Shown in pieces: positions 1 to 31,800 of a stretch of DNA of 64,000 bases. The DNA comes from Macrostomum lignano. Taxonomy: Eukaryota. The notes under the pieces are model-generated. The model was given only the letters and a program-made list of their open reading frames with translations. It had not been told where the DNA came from and did no database searches. The translations under genes and the position numbers were made by a program. The stretch lies in contig NIVC01000875.1 of the NCBI GenBank assembly GCA_002269645.1, positions 310,001-374,000 of the forward strand. Reading direction: 5' to 3'. How positions within the stretch are numbered: position 1 is the first letter of the stretch; each line of letters starts with the position of its first letter.

Positions 1-430
1 CCCAAAGTGTCAGTTGCTGAACCAGCCTCCCAGAGTGTCAGTTGCTGGACCAGCCTCCCAGAGTGTCAGTTGCTGGACCAGCCTTTCAGAGTGTCAGTTT
101 CTGGACCAGCCTCCCAGAGTGTCAGTTTCTGGACCAGCCTCCCAGAGTGTCAGTTGCTGGACCAGCCTCCCAGAGTGTCAGTTGCTGGACCAGCCTTTCA
201 GAGTGTCAGTTTCTGGACCAGCCTCCCAGAGTGTCAGTTGCTGGACCAGTCTTTCAGAGTGTCAGTTTCTGGACCAGCCTCCCAAAGTGTCAGTTTCTGG
301 ACCAGCCTTTCAGAGTGTCAGTTTCTGGACCAGCCTCCCAGAGTGTCAGTTTCTGGACGAGCCTCCCAGAGTGTCAGTTGCTGGGACAGCCCGCCTCCCA
401 GATCCTCAGTTGCTGGGCCAGCCTCCCAGA
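1..430. repeat. 28-bp minisatellite (GAGTGTCAGTTGCTGGACCAGCCTCCCA)n, about 14 copies, probably intronic to the + strand gene
   Basis: GTGTCA recurs at 7, 35, 63 (period 28). ORFs 7..474, 14..520 and 42..449 are its translations. Confidence 0.95.
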
Positions 431-494
431 TCCCCAGTTGCTTGGTTGATGAATATTCTCAGCAGCTTAGTTGATTTTCTTGTGCTGCTTTTAG

Positions 495-984
495 CAAATC
501 AGTACAGCAGCAAAGACTGAAGCAGCAACAACAACAACCGCAGCTGCAGCAGAGGCAGCTACAGCAACAGCAACCGCAGCAGCAGCAGAGGCAGCAGCAA
601 CAGAAGCCGTTGCAGCAGCAGAAGCAGCAGCAGAAGCAGCAGCTGAAGCGGCAGCAACAGCAGCAGCCGCAGACCCCACGCTGTGCCCGCTGCCCATCAA
701 AGCCGCGCCCCTGTCCGATGCAACGACAGCGGCTGCTGAAGAAGCGCCAGAAGAAGCGAAAGCAACGGCAGCATCGCGACGCCGAAGGCTGCGTGCCCGG
801 CGAGGTCTCCTGCGGCGACTGTCAGCCGCCTCGCATCCAGCTGTGCCCCGCTAAGCAGGGCCGAGAGAGGTTCTCTCGCGTGAAGCTGCAAACTCAACCG
901 GGCCGCTTCATCACTCGCCAGGTGCTCTTCTTTGATGGCGACTATCTGTACAGACCTGCTCAGCCCGAGTGCCCCTGCTACTGA
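495..984 (+). CDS. Probable terminal coding exon of an unknown protein: polyQ tract, polybasic stretch KKRQKKRKQR, Cys-rich C-terminus ending PECPCY*
   Basis: Acceptor TGCTGCTTTTAG at 493-494. The frame is open 475-984 with strongly G/C-ending codons up to TGA 982-984, then switches abruptly to AT-rich sequence. No family recognised. Confidence 0.6.
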
Positions 985-1289
985 CAAAGTAAATATTATT
1001 TTTACTTCATTGATGATAACTAACAATGACTTTTGGTGAACTGCTTCTGATGGGTCTGCTGCTTTCAATAAGCAGTCACCTCCATATATTTTTTGCATTG
1101 CCGATCTGATAAGAAATTCTTCTGCTTTTCAATTATCTGAAGCATTTTTAAACGCATTTTAAGTTTTGAATTTTTTATGCTAATTTTATTTTAAACGTTG
1201 CGTCCTAAAAATATAAAGCCACAAGATTTCTGAAAGCGCCGTCTCACCCTTTATTTACCTTTGAGGGCTCTTTGGCCTTGACTTCTTTC

Positions 1290-1870
1290 AGCTTCTGTCC
1301 ATTGTAAGATCCCCATCACTCCCCTTCTCTCCTCCACCACTTCCACCACTCCACATCACTCCCCATCACTCTAAATCACTCTCCATCATCCCATCACTCC
1401 CCATCACTCCATATCACTCCCCATCACTCTAAATCACTTCCCATCACTCCATATCACTCTCCATCACCCCCATCACTCCCTTTCTCTCCTCCATCACTCC
1501 ACATCACTTCCCATCACTCCATATCACTCTCCATCACCCCCATCACTCCCTTTCTCTCCTCCATCACTCCACATCACTTCCCATCACTCTATATCACTCT
1601 CCATCACCCCCATCACTCCCTTTCTCTCCTCCATCACTCCACATCACTTCCCATCACTCTATATCACTCTCCATCACCCCCATCACTCCCTTTCTCTCCT
1701 CCATCACTCTACATCACTTCCCATCTCTCCCCATCACTCTACATCACTCCCCATCACTCCCCATCAGTCTCCATCTCTCTAAACTACTCCCCACCACTCT
1801 AAATCACTTTAAATTAGTCCCTATCACTCCCCTATCACTCTAAATCACTCCAATCACTCCCTACACTTAC
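1290..1870. repeat. 10-bp CATCACTCCC-based minisatellite with a 70-bp higher-order repeat
   Basis: The block CATCACTCCCTTTCTCTCCT recurs at 1471, 1541, 1611, 1681. Confidence 0.9.
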
Positions 1871-2996
1871 CCTCTCTTCCTCTCTCCCCTCTCTCTCCGT
1901 CTCTCAATTAATATTTTGATCCTACAGTATAATTTTCCGACGCAGGTTCCCTGTCGCCTGACATTTCCTGCCAGCAGAAACAGCAGCAGTGATTTATGGC
2001 ACTAATGAACAACATTTAGCTACGATAGGCCAGCTCAGGTCCTGGGCTTTATACACCAACTCAGGCGAGATGAATATACTGGGCTTTTATTCTGGTGCGG
2101 TAGACATCAAAGGAATTAAGAAAATGCTAGAATGCTTGGCTGCGTACCCAGGTATCAGTACTAAAATAATTAATTACATGCTCAACTGTAATTAACTGCT
2201 CAGTGGGGAGTGGCGCTTAGGAGCAGCTCCGGTCTGACTGACCCGCCACCAATCACGCTGGTTGGTTGGCCAAGAACCCTTCGGTAGTGGTCTCGGCTGT
2301 TTCCTCCCATTCCCCCCCCCCATTTTCTCCTTTGCCCTTCTTTTCCTCGCTTTTTCCTCCCCTTTTACGCCTTTTTATCATCCTTTCTTCGCCCCTTTTC
2401 CTCCCCATTTTCCGCCCGTATAGTTCCGCCCCTTTTTTATCCTTCTTTTCTCTTCTATTCACTTTCTCCCATTTTTATAAATTTATCATATGGACAAACT
2501 GAAGCATAAAAAAATTGTCCATAATCAGCATAACAAATAACTAAATTCGATATCTGATGTGTTGCTACAATACAGACTGACAAAATCTTTTAATTTCAAT
2601 CATTACCGAATCCTTGACGGTCCGAATTCGAGTTTTTTTCGATTTTTAGTCTTGGTAAATTTAGTAAACCAAAGCGGAAAAAACATTAGAACAAATCAAG
2701 ACCAAGTTCACATTAAAGCAGAACAAAGTCGCAATCACTGCCATGGACAAAATCACGCTTCTGACAAGCTGCTTGATTTGATAAACGAGATTAAAGAGAC
2801 AAAATTAAAAAAGTACATGCACAAATGACGCGGTAATAACACGCACGATTAACAATGCCATTGCCCTGACCCGCCTCGTTGGTTCTTCGGTTCTCTCGTC
2901 GTTTGGGCTTGTCTAATCATATCTTTAGTCGCGGAGGCCCCTGATTGGCTAGCTTTACCCCCGTCTTTCTCCCGTCCTCTAACTGTGTGAATTTCG

Positions 2997-3425
2997 TCCC
3001 CCCCCAGCCCGGCGTGGCTTGACCCCCACCCCCAGCCCGGCGTGGCTTGACCCCCACCCCCAGCCCGGCGTGGCTTGGCCTCCACCCCACAGCCCGGCGT
3101 GGCTTGGCCTCCACCCCACAGCCCGGCGTGGCTTGGCCTCCACCCCACAGCCCGGCGTGACTTAATTTGGCCCCTACCCCCAGCCCGGCGTGGCTTGACC
3201 CCACCCCCCAGCCCGGCGTGGCTTGACCCCCACCCCCAGCCCGGCGTACGTGGCTTGGCCTCCACCCCTCAGCCCGCGTGGCTTGGCCTCCACCCCTCAG
3301 CCCGGCGTGGCTTGACCCCCACCCCCCAGCCGGCGTGGCTTGACCCCCACCCCCCAGCCCGGCGTACGTGGCTTGGCCTCCACCCCCCAGCCCGGAGTGG
3401 CTTGGCCCCCACCCCCAACCCTGCG
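2997..3425. repeat. About 29-30-bp GC-rich minisatellite (CCCAGCCCGGCGTGGCTTG(A/G)CC...CAC)n
   Basis: About 14 visible copies of CAGCCCGGCGTGGCTTG. Confidence 0.92.
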
Positions 3426-4152
3426 TGGTCTAACCCCACGCAGCTTGTGACCCCCTCCCAGTTAGGTGAAAAAAATAATTAGAGGCAGCGGGATCTGTGC
3501 GATCTGGCGGAACCATAAGCGACGTTACACAAAACCGGAGAGAGGCATTACTACCCATTCCGCCGACTCCCCTGAGCAAGCACACAGGCATGTACGCTTC
3601 ACTGTGCCTTGGGGGTTCGCCCTGAAGGGCGTTAATTGCACGAGCAGAAAATAAGAGCGCCTCGCTAGAGCACTAGGCTACGGCTCCCTAAGATAAATTT
3701 TATTTCTTTTTCTTATCTTCCTCTCTAGACTTTGTCCTCTAATTGCCAGTAATCAGGATTGAATACAAGTGGCAGTCTGCTCATCCAAATCCTCTCCGCC
3801 CCCCCCGTCGAAAGTCTTCACTCGGGTCTGCGAAATGTTCGCACGCCTCCAGACCCCTATTCACCTCTCCGCCGAGTGGCTCGCCTGCTCGCAAGTCGCA
3901 ACCTCGTCATCTGCGCATCTCTCTTAATAGGGCTTAACGAGTGTCAGTAAGTTCCCAGCCCATCCACTTCCACCCCGGAGTGCCTGCACAGATCGGGTGG
4001 ACCGCCGCTCTCCAATGCAACCAATACAAATACAAAATACTACAGCACGCAAATAAAAGTACAAATAGTCATTTTAGTCAAAGTCTCGATGTCATGTGGA
4101 AATTCTTATATCCAAGTTGCTTTGTCATTCATTGTCTGTCATGGGACGTCGT

Positions 4153-24710
<20,558 letters not shown>

Positions 24711-25064
24711 ATCCGGTTTTGTGAATAATTGGCCCTCCTGAAAAAGCTAATTAAACAAAATGAAATCTGATGCCTGATCGAGTCTGACTGAGATTCCCTT
24801 GTGGGGCCTTTCGTGACCTGAACGTCTGCCGCTTTTGTGCAGCATGACGGGGGTGGGCCTGGGCGTACTTCCAGAAAACCAATGCACTTAATGCTGCACT
24901 GCTATTGGCTATCGCACAGATCGAGCGAGCGGTTGACAGGCCATTGCGAGCAGCACCTGCGCTACATGGGCAATCGAAAACTGACACAGGTGAGGCAATA
25001 AAGGTGTCAGATTTTTAAGAAAGAAATTTTGCACTATCGTACGTAATTACTTTTATTAGCTACG

Positions 25065-26105
25065 GAGGAGATAGGGAGGAGAGTGGGGAGAGTGGGAGAG
25101 TGGGAGAGTAGGGAGAGCGGGGAGAGTGGGGAGAGTAGAGAGAGTGGGGAGAGTAGAGAGAGTAGGGAGAGTAGAGAGAGTAGGGAGAGTAGAGAAAGGG
25201 GAGAGAGGGGGGAGTGGGGAGGGTAGAGAGAGTGGGAGAGTAGAGAGAGTAGGGACAGTAGAGAAAGTGGGGAGAGTGGGGAGAGTAGAGAGAGGGGAGA
25301 GAGTGAGGAGAGTGGGGAGAGTAGAGAGAGTGGGGAGAGTGGGGATTGGGGAGAGTAGAGAGAGTAGGGAGAGTAGAGAAGGGGAGAGGGGGGAGAGTGG
25401 AGAGAATGGAGAGAGTGAAGAGAGTGAGAAGAGTAGAGAGAGTAGGGACTGGGGAGAGTAGGGAGAGTGAGGAGAGTGAGGAGAGTAGAGAGAGTGGAGA
25501 GTAGAGAGAGTGGAGAGTAGAGAGAGTGGAGAGTAGAGAGAGTGGAGAGAGTGGGGAGAGTGAGGAGAGTAGAGAGAGTGGGAAGAGTAGAGAGAGTGGG
25601 GAGAGTGGAGAGAGTGAGGAGAGTAGAGAGAGTGGGGAGAGTAGAGAGAGTGAGGAGTGGGGAGAGTAGAGAGAGTGGAGAGTGGGAAGAGTAGAGAGAG
25701 TGGAGAGTGGGGAGAGTAGAGAGAGTGGGGAGAGTAGAGAGAGTGAGGAGTGGGGAGAGTAGAGAGAGTGGAGAGTGGGGAGAGTAGAGAGAGTGGAGAG
25801 TAGAGAGAGTGGAGAGTAGAGAGAGTGGAGAGTAGAGAGAGTGGAGAGTAGAGAGAGTGGAGAGTAGAGAGAGTGGAGAGAGTGGGGAGAGTGGAGAGAG
25901 TGAGGAGAGTAGAGAGAGTGGGGAGAGTAGAGAGAGTGAGGAGTGGGGAGAGTAGAGAGAGTGGAGAGTGGGGAGAGTAGAGAGAGTGGAGAGTGGGGAG
26001 AGTAGAGAGAGTAGAGAGAGTGGAGAGAGTGGGGAGAGTAGAGAGAGTGGAGAGAGTGGGGAGAGTAGAGAGAGTGGAGAGTGGGTACTGGGGAGAGTGG
26101 GGGAA
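25065..26105. repeat. About 1-kb polypurine (GGAGAGT/AGAGAGT)n tract
   Basis: Almost entirely G/A with periodic T. Confidence 0.95.
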
Positions 26106-26744
26106 CAGGACGCGAAGAGGACACGGTAGCTGATACTGACTGGCTGGCTTCTCAGCTAATCTAGTTAATACAATATCTAAATCATATCGGAAAAATGCTA
26201 TTATGAAGTTGTAAAACGAAGACTGAGCGTTGCCATACGACCGCATATTAATTGCTCCACAACAAGCAGGCCATAATTAAGCCCCATCTCGTCAATCAAG
26301 CTATGAAACCTTTGTGCATGCCCCTAAATTGATGAAGCATGCGGCTTGGCAGCTGATTGACTGACAGTTGTGGATTGAGATTGGCTCAGTGCGTTTGCCG
26401 AAAAAAATCAAATGAGGGTCTAGTGAATTAGATTAGCTGTAGATGCAGTCTCCTCATGGTTGCTTAGCTTAATCAGAGACCTGCCACGCTGCCCTGCCCA
26501 AGCAGAGAGTATGTAATCTTGAAGATAAGAATCGCAGCGCGCTGCTTCAAAGATGCCTTCTTCCTTGCTCAAGTGAACTTGGTATTTTATGATGCTGTAG
26601 GTTTTCTAGTAGCAAAGTCAGAGTATTGAAAAAGCACCACTCTTTAAGACACAATCTCTGACATTCGAGATGATTGAGTACGGGAGCTCAGTGGCTAGCT
26701 TTAGCATTAGAAAAGAAACTTTTTTGCCGATACATGTAACTCTG

Positions 26745-27230
26745 CGTTTTGTCATGCGGCACGCGGCCTGATTCAGTGCCCTATCATAATGAGTCACATT
26801 ATGGGCGCGTGATTTAAGGTCCTATCATGATGAGTCACGCTATGGGCGCGTGATTCAAGGTCATATCATGATGAGTCACGCTATGGGCGCGTGATTCAAG
26901 GTCGTATCATGATGAGTCACGCTATGGGCGCATGATTCAAGATCGTATCATGATGAATCACACTGTGGGCGCGTGATTCAAGGTCATATCGTGATAAGTC
27001 ACGCTATGGACGCCTGATTTAAGGTCTTATCGCGATAAGTCACGCAATGGGCGCCTGATTTAGGGCGTATCGTGATAAGTGACGCAATGGGCGCCTGATT
27101 GAAGGTCATATCGTGATAAGTGACGCAATGGGCGCCTGATTTAAGGTCGTATCGTGATAAGTCATGCTATGGGCGCGTGATTCAATTTTTCATTGCGGTG
27201 AGTTACACTATGGGCGCGTGATTTAGGGTC
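26745..27230. repeat. 41-bp minisatellite (GTCATATCATGATGAGTCACGCTATGGGCGCGTGATTCAAG)n, about 11 diverged copies
   Basis: TGAGTCA at 26790, 26831, 26872, 26913 (period 41). Confidence 0.92.
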
Positions 27231-27944
27231 GTAAATACGAGTATAATCTTGGAGGTACATGTTCGTCTACTCAGGATTGATGGCACAACTCTCGTATTGT
27301 TACTTTTGATTCTCGAATAAACTACTCACAAAAAGTAGTATCGTTGAATTTGAGTGTGAAAACTATAAAACCACAACCCAAAAGTTATCGACAGTGTTCT
27401 TTGAACTGTTTTTAACACCCTGAGCTGAATAGTTCATCAAGAGCCATCGATCGGTTAACAGACTTCAATTTAAAAGTTTTCGAAGTAAATTTTTTAGACC
27501 TTTCTGAAAAAGGCATCAGAATAGTACAAGCAATACTTATTAAAATGATAAGCGAGCAATTGGTTTATGACTCGTCATTTATTTTGCTTATATGTTTTAT
27601 TGAGGAAGTTCAAACGCAAGCTCTGAGCATTGATACGCTGATGCTAGAGACTCATGTGGTGAAAAATACGGTTTCTATCCGGTCCTGCCTAATTAGGCTT
27701 GCAAAATACTTTTTTAAACAGTTTACAACCTAGAGACCAACTGTACTGCTCGTTTGAACAATAAATAATTCATTTGACATTTTAATTGGACTCTGGAATC
27801 TACAGTTGAACTACTTCTATAACTCTTAGATAAATTGAGTTCGCGTGAATCATTTATTGCTTATTTTAGAGCTTGTTTAATGACATATTTGAAGATTACC
27901 ATGTAAAAGTGATATTACTGCTTTGACTGTTCTCACTTACCTTG

Positions 27945-28780
27945 GCGTCTCAGCAACTCCCTCTTTGAGCCTTGACATTGCGGCAACTCTCTCCTTGAGC
28001 CTTGGCAACTCATAAACTCCCTCCATGAGCCTTGGTTGAGCCTTAGCATCTCAGCAACTCATAAACTCCCCCCATGAGCCTTGGTTGAGCCTTAGCATCT
28101 CAGCAACTCATAAACTCCCCCCTTGAGCCTTGGTTGAGCCTTGGCATCTCAGCAACTCATAAACTCCCTCCTTGAGCCTTGGTTAGCCTGTGCATCTCAG
28201 CAACTCTCTTCCTGAGCCTTGGCAACTCATAAACTCCCTCCATGAGCCTCGGTTGAGCCTTAGCATCTCAGCAACTCATAAACTCCCTCCATGAGCCTTG
28301 GTTGAGCCTTAGCATCTCAGCAACTCATAAACTCCCTCCTTGAGCCTTGGTTAACCTTGGCATCTCAGCAACTCTATTCCTGAGCCTTGGCATCTCATAA
28401 ACTCCCTCCTTGAGCCTTGGCATCTCATAAACTCCCTCCTTGAGCCTTCGTTGAGCCTTGGCATCTCAACAACTCCCACCTCGAGCCTTGGCATCTCATA
28501 AACTCCCTCCTCGAGCCTTGGCATCTCATAAACTCCCTCCTTGAGCCTTGGCATCTCATAAACTCCCTCCTTGAGCCTTTGTTGAGCCTTGGCATCTCAA
28601 CAACTCCCACCTCGAGCCTTGGCATCTCATAAACTCTCCTTGAGCCTTGGTTGAGCCTTGGCATCTCAACAACTACCTCCTTGAGCCTTGGCATCTCAAA
28701 AACTCCCTCATTGGGCCTTGTCATCTCATAAACTCCCTATTTGAGCCATAGCATCTCAGCAACTCCCTCCTTGAGCCCTT
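27945..28780. repeat. About 30-bp minisatellite (TTGAGCCTTGGCATCTCATAAACTCCCTCC)n with composite variants
   Basis: Direct inspection. Confidence 0.93.
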
Positions 28781-30344
28781 AATCCCGGGCCTTTTGCAAA
28801 AGTTTTTCCCAATCTATCTATTTGTCCTCCTATATGGCACGTTATGGATAGAAATTTCACTTATCTCATTAAACATATGTTTAAAACGAAAATTCAATGA
28901 AAATTTCAAAAAATCAAAATAACTAGGAAGTAATTATTCCCTAACCTAAAGTCCAAGAATTCTTATAACATTGTCTATGGCTCAAACTACCTCAAAAATT
29001 ATCTGCAGCTTTTTCAAGTAAGATTAAGTCTTTGAGACTCTGTAGGGGGCCTGTGTCGGTGGATTCTAGAAGGCCCGTAGTCGGAATACCCAAGCAGACT
29101 AAGTTCGACCAGAGGCCCAGACATCGAATCCTGGACTCTTCTCGAGTCGAGTCGAGTCTGATGGAGTGTCGGCGGCAGATGCTGGCCCAACGAGCTGAAG
29201 TCTTCATCGCTTGATGTGAGTTCACAATAATTTTGAGACGCATTTTGATAACTCTCATCGACCAAGCAGTGCGCATGTGCACACTCTGTGCTTTGGGGGT
29301 TGATCTCTCTCTCTACTGCTAGTCGGGCGCTCTACAACTCTGCCACCCAACTCCTGCCATCTTGTTTCAATATAGCTTTGTCTCCTTGTAGCTTGTGCTC
29401 TTGCGCCAACGCGTTGAAACGTGAGCAGTCCTGTCTGATTTGATTGTCTGGAGAGGCTGAGGCTTAAAGGCGAGGCGTTGGGAAACAGAAGGGGCTTTTA
29501 AGTCTCGGGATTAAGAAAGACAGAAAAAAAATTTAATTTCGAGAAATGACTGCAGCTGTAGACGCTACAGAGAAGAACAAAATGAAGATGTTGAAATCTA
29601 CAATCAGCCCAGATTAGTTCGGTCTCTTTTTGCAATTCTTCCTGCTCGTGCACCCAGCATCCGCTAACTACCCGCATCTGCCTGTATGCCTCCATGCGCT
29701 TTTCATTTGCACAGTGTTATCTACCCTCAGGCTCAGGCCTTCCTCGCCACTTCGCCTCCTCTAATCTTGCCTCGTTTTGGCGCTTTGCAGACAGAGGAGA
29801 AAATCTAGTCTACGGTTTCATTATAAACACAGTCGCTCCGAATCCAGAGACAGGCGCGTAAGCGTTGAGCTCAGGAGTAGACAAACTAGCGGAACAGCTG
29901 GTAGGTTGTCATTGGTGACCGACGACTGACTCGCATCGAGCTAAATCACAGGTGGATGTACCGGGGATGAGGCGACCGAGAGGCGGGCGTTGCAGCTGGG
30001 GGGGGGAGCGGTGATAATCTCTATCCCTCTCTCCGAGGCAGCATACAGAGTCCGTACATTTCATTTGCGGGATGGGGGAGTAGGATTTATGGTCGGTCCA
30101 CCCTCAAGCAGCTGCAATCTAGCGCGGTCTACGATTGCATAGAGCTTGTTGTAACTCAGGATAGAAATGGAGAAGGGAATCAGGGGGAGGTGGTGAGGAG
30201 TAGGGGCCGGAGCTACCTGCCAAGCTCTGCTTAGGTAGAAGGGAAGGACGAAAGCGCGGCGTAGGGTCTGGCTGGGCAGATTTTGACTCCAGATCGGAGC
30301 GGCGTGCAACGAACAAAAAATGCTTTTTTTCTCTGCAGTTTCCC

Positions 30345-30353
30345 TCCTCTCCC

Positions 30354-30402
<49 letters not shown>
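30345..30402 (+). repeat. (TC)n microsatellite acting as a long polypyrimidine tract upstream of a candidate acceptor at 30430-30431
   Basis: The TC run is followed by TTAATTTCTGCTGCTCGCCGTCTCGGTAG. Confidence 0.8.
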
Positions 30403-30406
<4 letters not shown>

Positions 30407-30471
30407 TTTCTGCTGCTCGCCGTCTCGGTAGACCAGTGCTGGTCCAAAGCGGCACTGGTGGGGCTGAGTGA

Positions 30472-31800
30472 GCGCTGAGCTCTGAAAAAATCTTCAGCTC
30501 CATTTTACCTGGACCTGGTTTCTGTCTTCGCGTCTGTCTTCGAATTTGCTACAAAATTCATCCCGTTGTTGAACCGTCGCAGTGTCGCAGCAGGCGGCCA
30601 GCCGCTGCTACCGAAACGCTGCCGCTCTTCGAGCTGTTCCACTGCTGCTGCAGCGGCCTCCGCCGCCGCCACAGCCACCACGGTCATAGTTGCCATCGAA
30701 ATCTGCGACAACTTCGCCACCAGCGCAACGGCAGCCGTCAGAAACAGTCCGAGGATGTCGAAAAAGATCGATGCAGCAGCCTTGGCGAAAGAATTAGCGG
30801 CGTCGGCGGTGAGGGCGTCGGTGGTGGCGGCTGCTGCAGCAGCATCGGTGGCTTCAGCGATGTCAACAATCAGGAATCCGACAATACTGACGATATATGC
30901 GCAGTCTGCGGGCTCTGCGGCGGTCAGTGGCGTCGTTGGCGACCGCTGCCGCTCGGGCTGGCCAGCTACGCTCACCAGGTGGGCGGGCACGGCCTGTTGT
31001 GCGGCGAGAAGGCCAGAATCCTCTCCGACGGCCGGGGAATTCTCTTCAAACCGGTGCAGCGCGAGCCCAAAGGCTGGCAGGAGGTCGACTTCTACCGGGT
31101 GGCGTCCAAGTGTCCAGGGGAGCCGCTGATTGAACGTCTGGCCGCCTTCCTGCCGCGCTACTGGGGGCTGTTCCGCCACCCAAGTACTGGCAGGTTCTAC
31201 ATCGGCATGGAGGACCTGCTGCGGGGTCTCCGACGGCCCTGCGTGATGGACTGCAAGATGGGCGGCCGGTCCACCCCGCCTGGTGCGCCGGCCTCCAAGC
31301 ACCTGCTACAGAGGGCAATGTACGCGCACCGGGAGAAGCTGGGCTTCATCATAACAGGCTTTAAAGTGTTCCCGCCAGGTAAGAAGGCCAGGTATTACTC
31401 CATCATGCACGGCCGCTCGCTAAATGAGGAGGGCGTCTTCGCCAAAGGGTTTCTACCGTTCCTTGAGCCAGCTGGCAGCTCAAGTCGAATCTGTCGGGTT
31501 GCGACAGAAATAGTTCGCCAGCTGGAGCAGCTGCGAGCTTGGTTCACCGAGCAGAGGATCTACCTGTTCTACGCCAGCTCGCTGCTCATCGCCTACGAGT
31601 CGGCGCCAACCCAAGCCGACGAGCTCGGAGTAGTGGTCAGAATGGTGGACTTCGCCCACGCCACTCCCGCTGCTGCTGCGACAGCTGCAGCGATGGCTAC
31701 AGCAGCCGCTCCAGACGAGAATTACCTGCTCGGCCTCGGACGGCTCATCGACTACTTTCGACGGGCGGTGGCCGAATCCGCTGCACTCCCACCTGGTTGA
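30472..31800 (+). CDS. IPMK: Inositol polyphosphate multikinase (IPK family); kinase domain on one exon; true start unresolved
   Basis: Motifs YAHQVGGH, FKPVQ..KG..EVDFY, PCVMDCKMG (PxxxDxKxG), WFTEQRIYLFYASSLL, RMVDFAH and DENYLLGL. The frame is stop-free from 30472 to TGA 31798-31800. Confidence 0.93.
   Translation, partial: ALSSEKIFSSILPGPGFCLRVCLRICYKIHPVVEPSQCRSRRPAAATETLPLFELFHCCCSGLRRRHSHHGHSCHRNLRQLRHQRNGSRQKQSEDVEKDRCSSLGERISGVGGEGVGGGGCCSSIGGFSDVNNQESDNTDDICAVCGLCGGQWRRWRPLPLGLASYAHQVGGHGLLCGEKARILSDGRGILFKPVQREPKGWQEVDFYRVASKCPGEPLIERLAAFLPRYWGLFRHPSTGRFYIGMEDLLRGLRRPCVMDCKMGGRSTPPGAPASKHLLQRAMYAHREKLGFIITGFKVFPPGKKARYYSIMHGRSLNEEGVFAKGFLPFLEPAGSSSRICRVATEIVRQLEQLRAWFTEQRIYLFYASSLLIAYESAPTQADELGVVVRMVDFAHATPAAAATAAAMATAAAPDENYLLGLGRLIDYFRRAVAESAALPPG

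Noticed and set aside
26745-27230. Palindromic 41-bp repeats (and the 29-bp array at 48045-49260) resembling CRISPR arrays
   Set aside because: Units are contiguous with no unique spacers, there are no cas genes, and the context is eukaryotic.
29014-29695. Short minus-strand ORFs (LTSSDEDFSS..., MEAYRQ...) between the GPCR and IPMK
   Set aside because: No recognisable domain and no consistent splice chain could be built.
30505-31302. 265-aa antisense ORF over IPMK
   Set aside because: It is in exact codon register with the IPMK frame, the usual shadow ORF of GC3-rich coding sequence.
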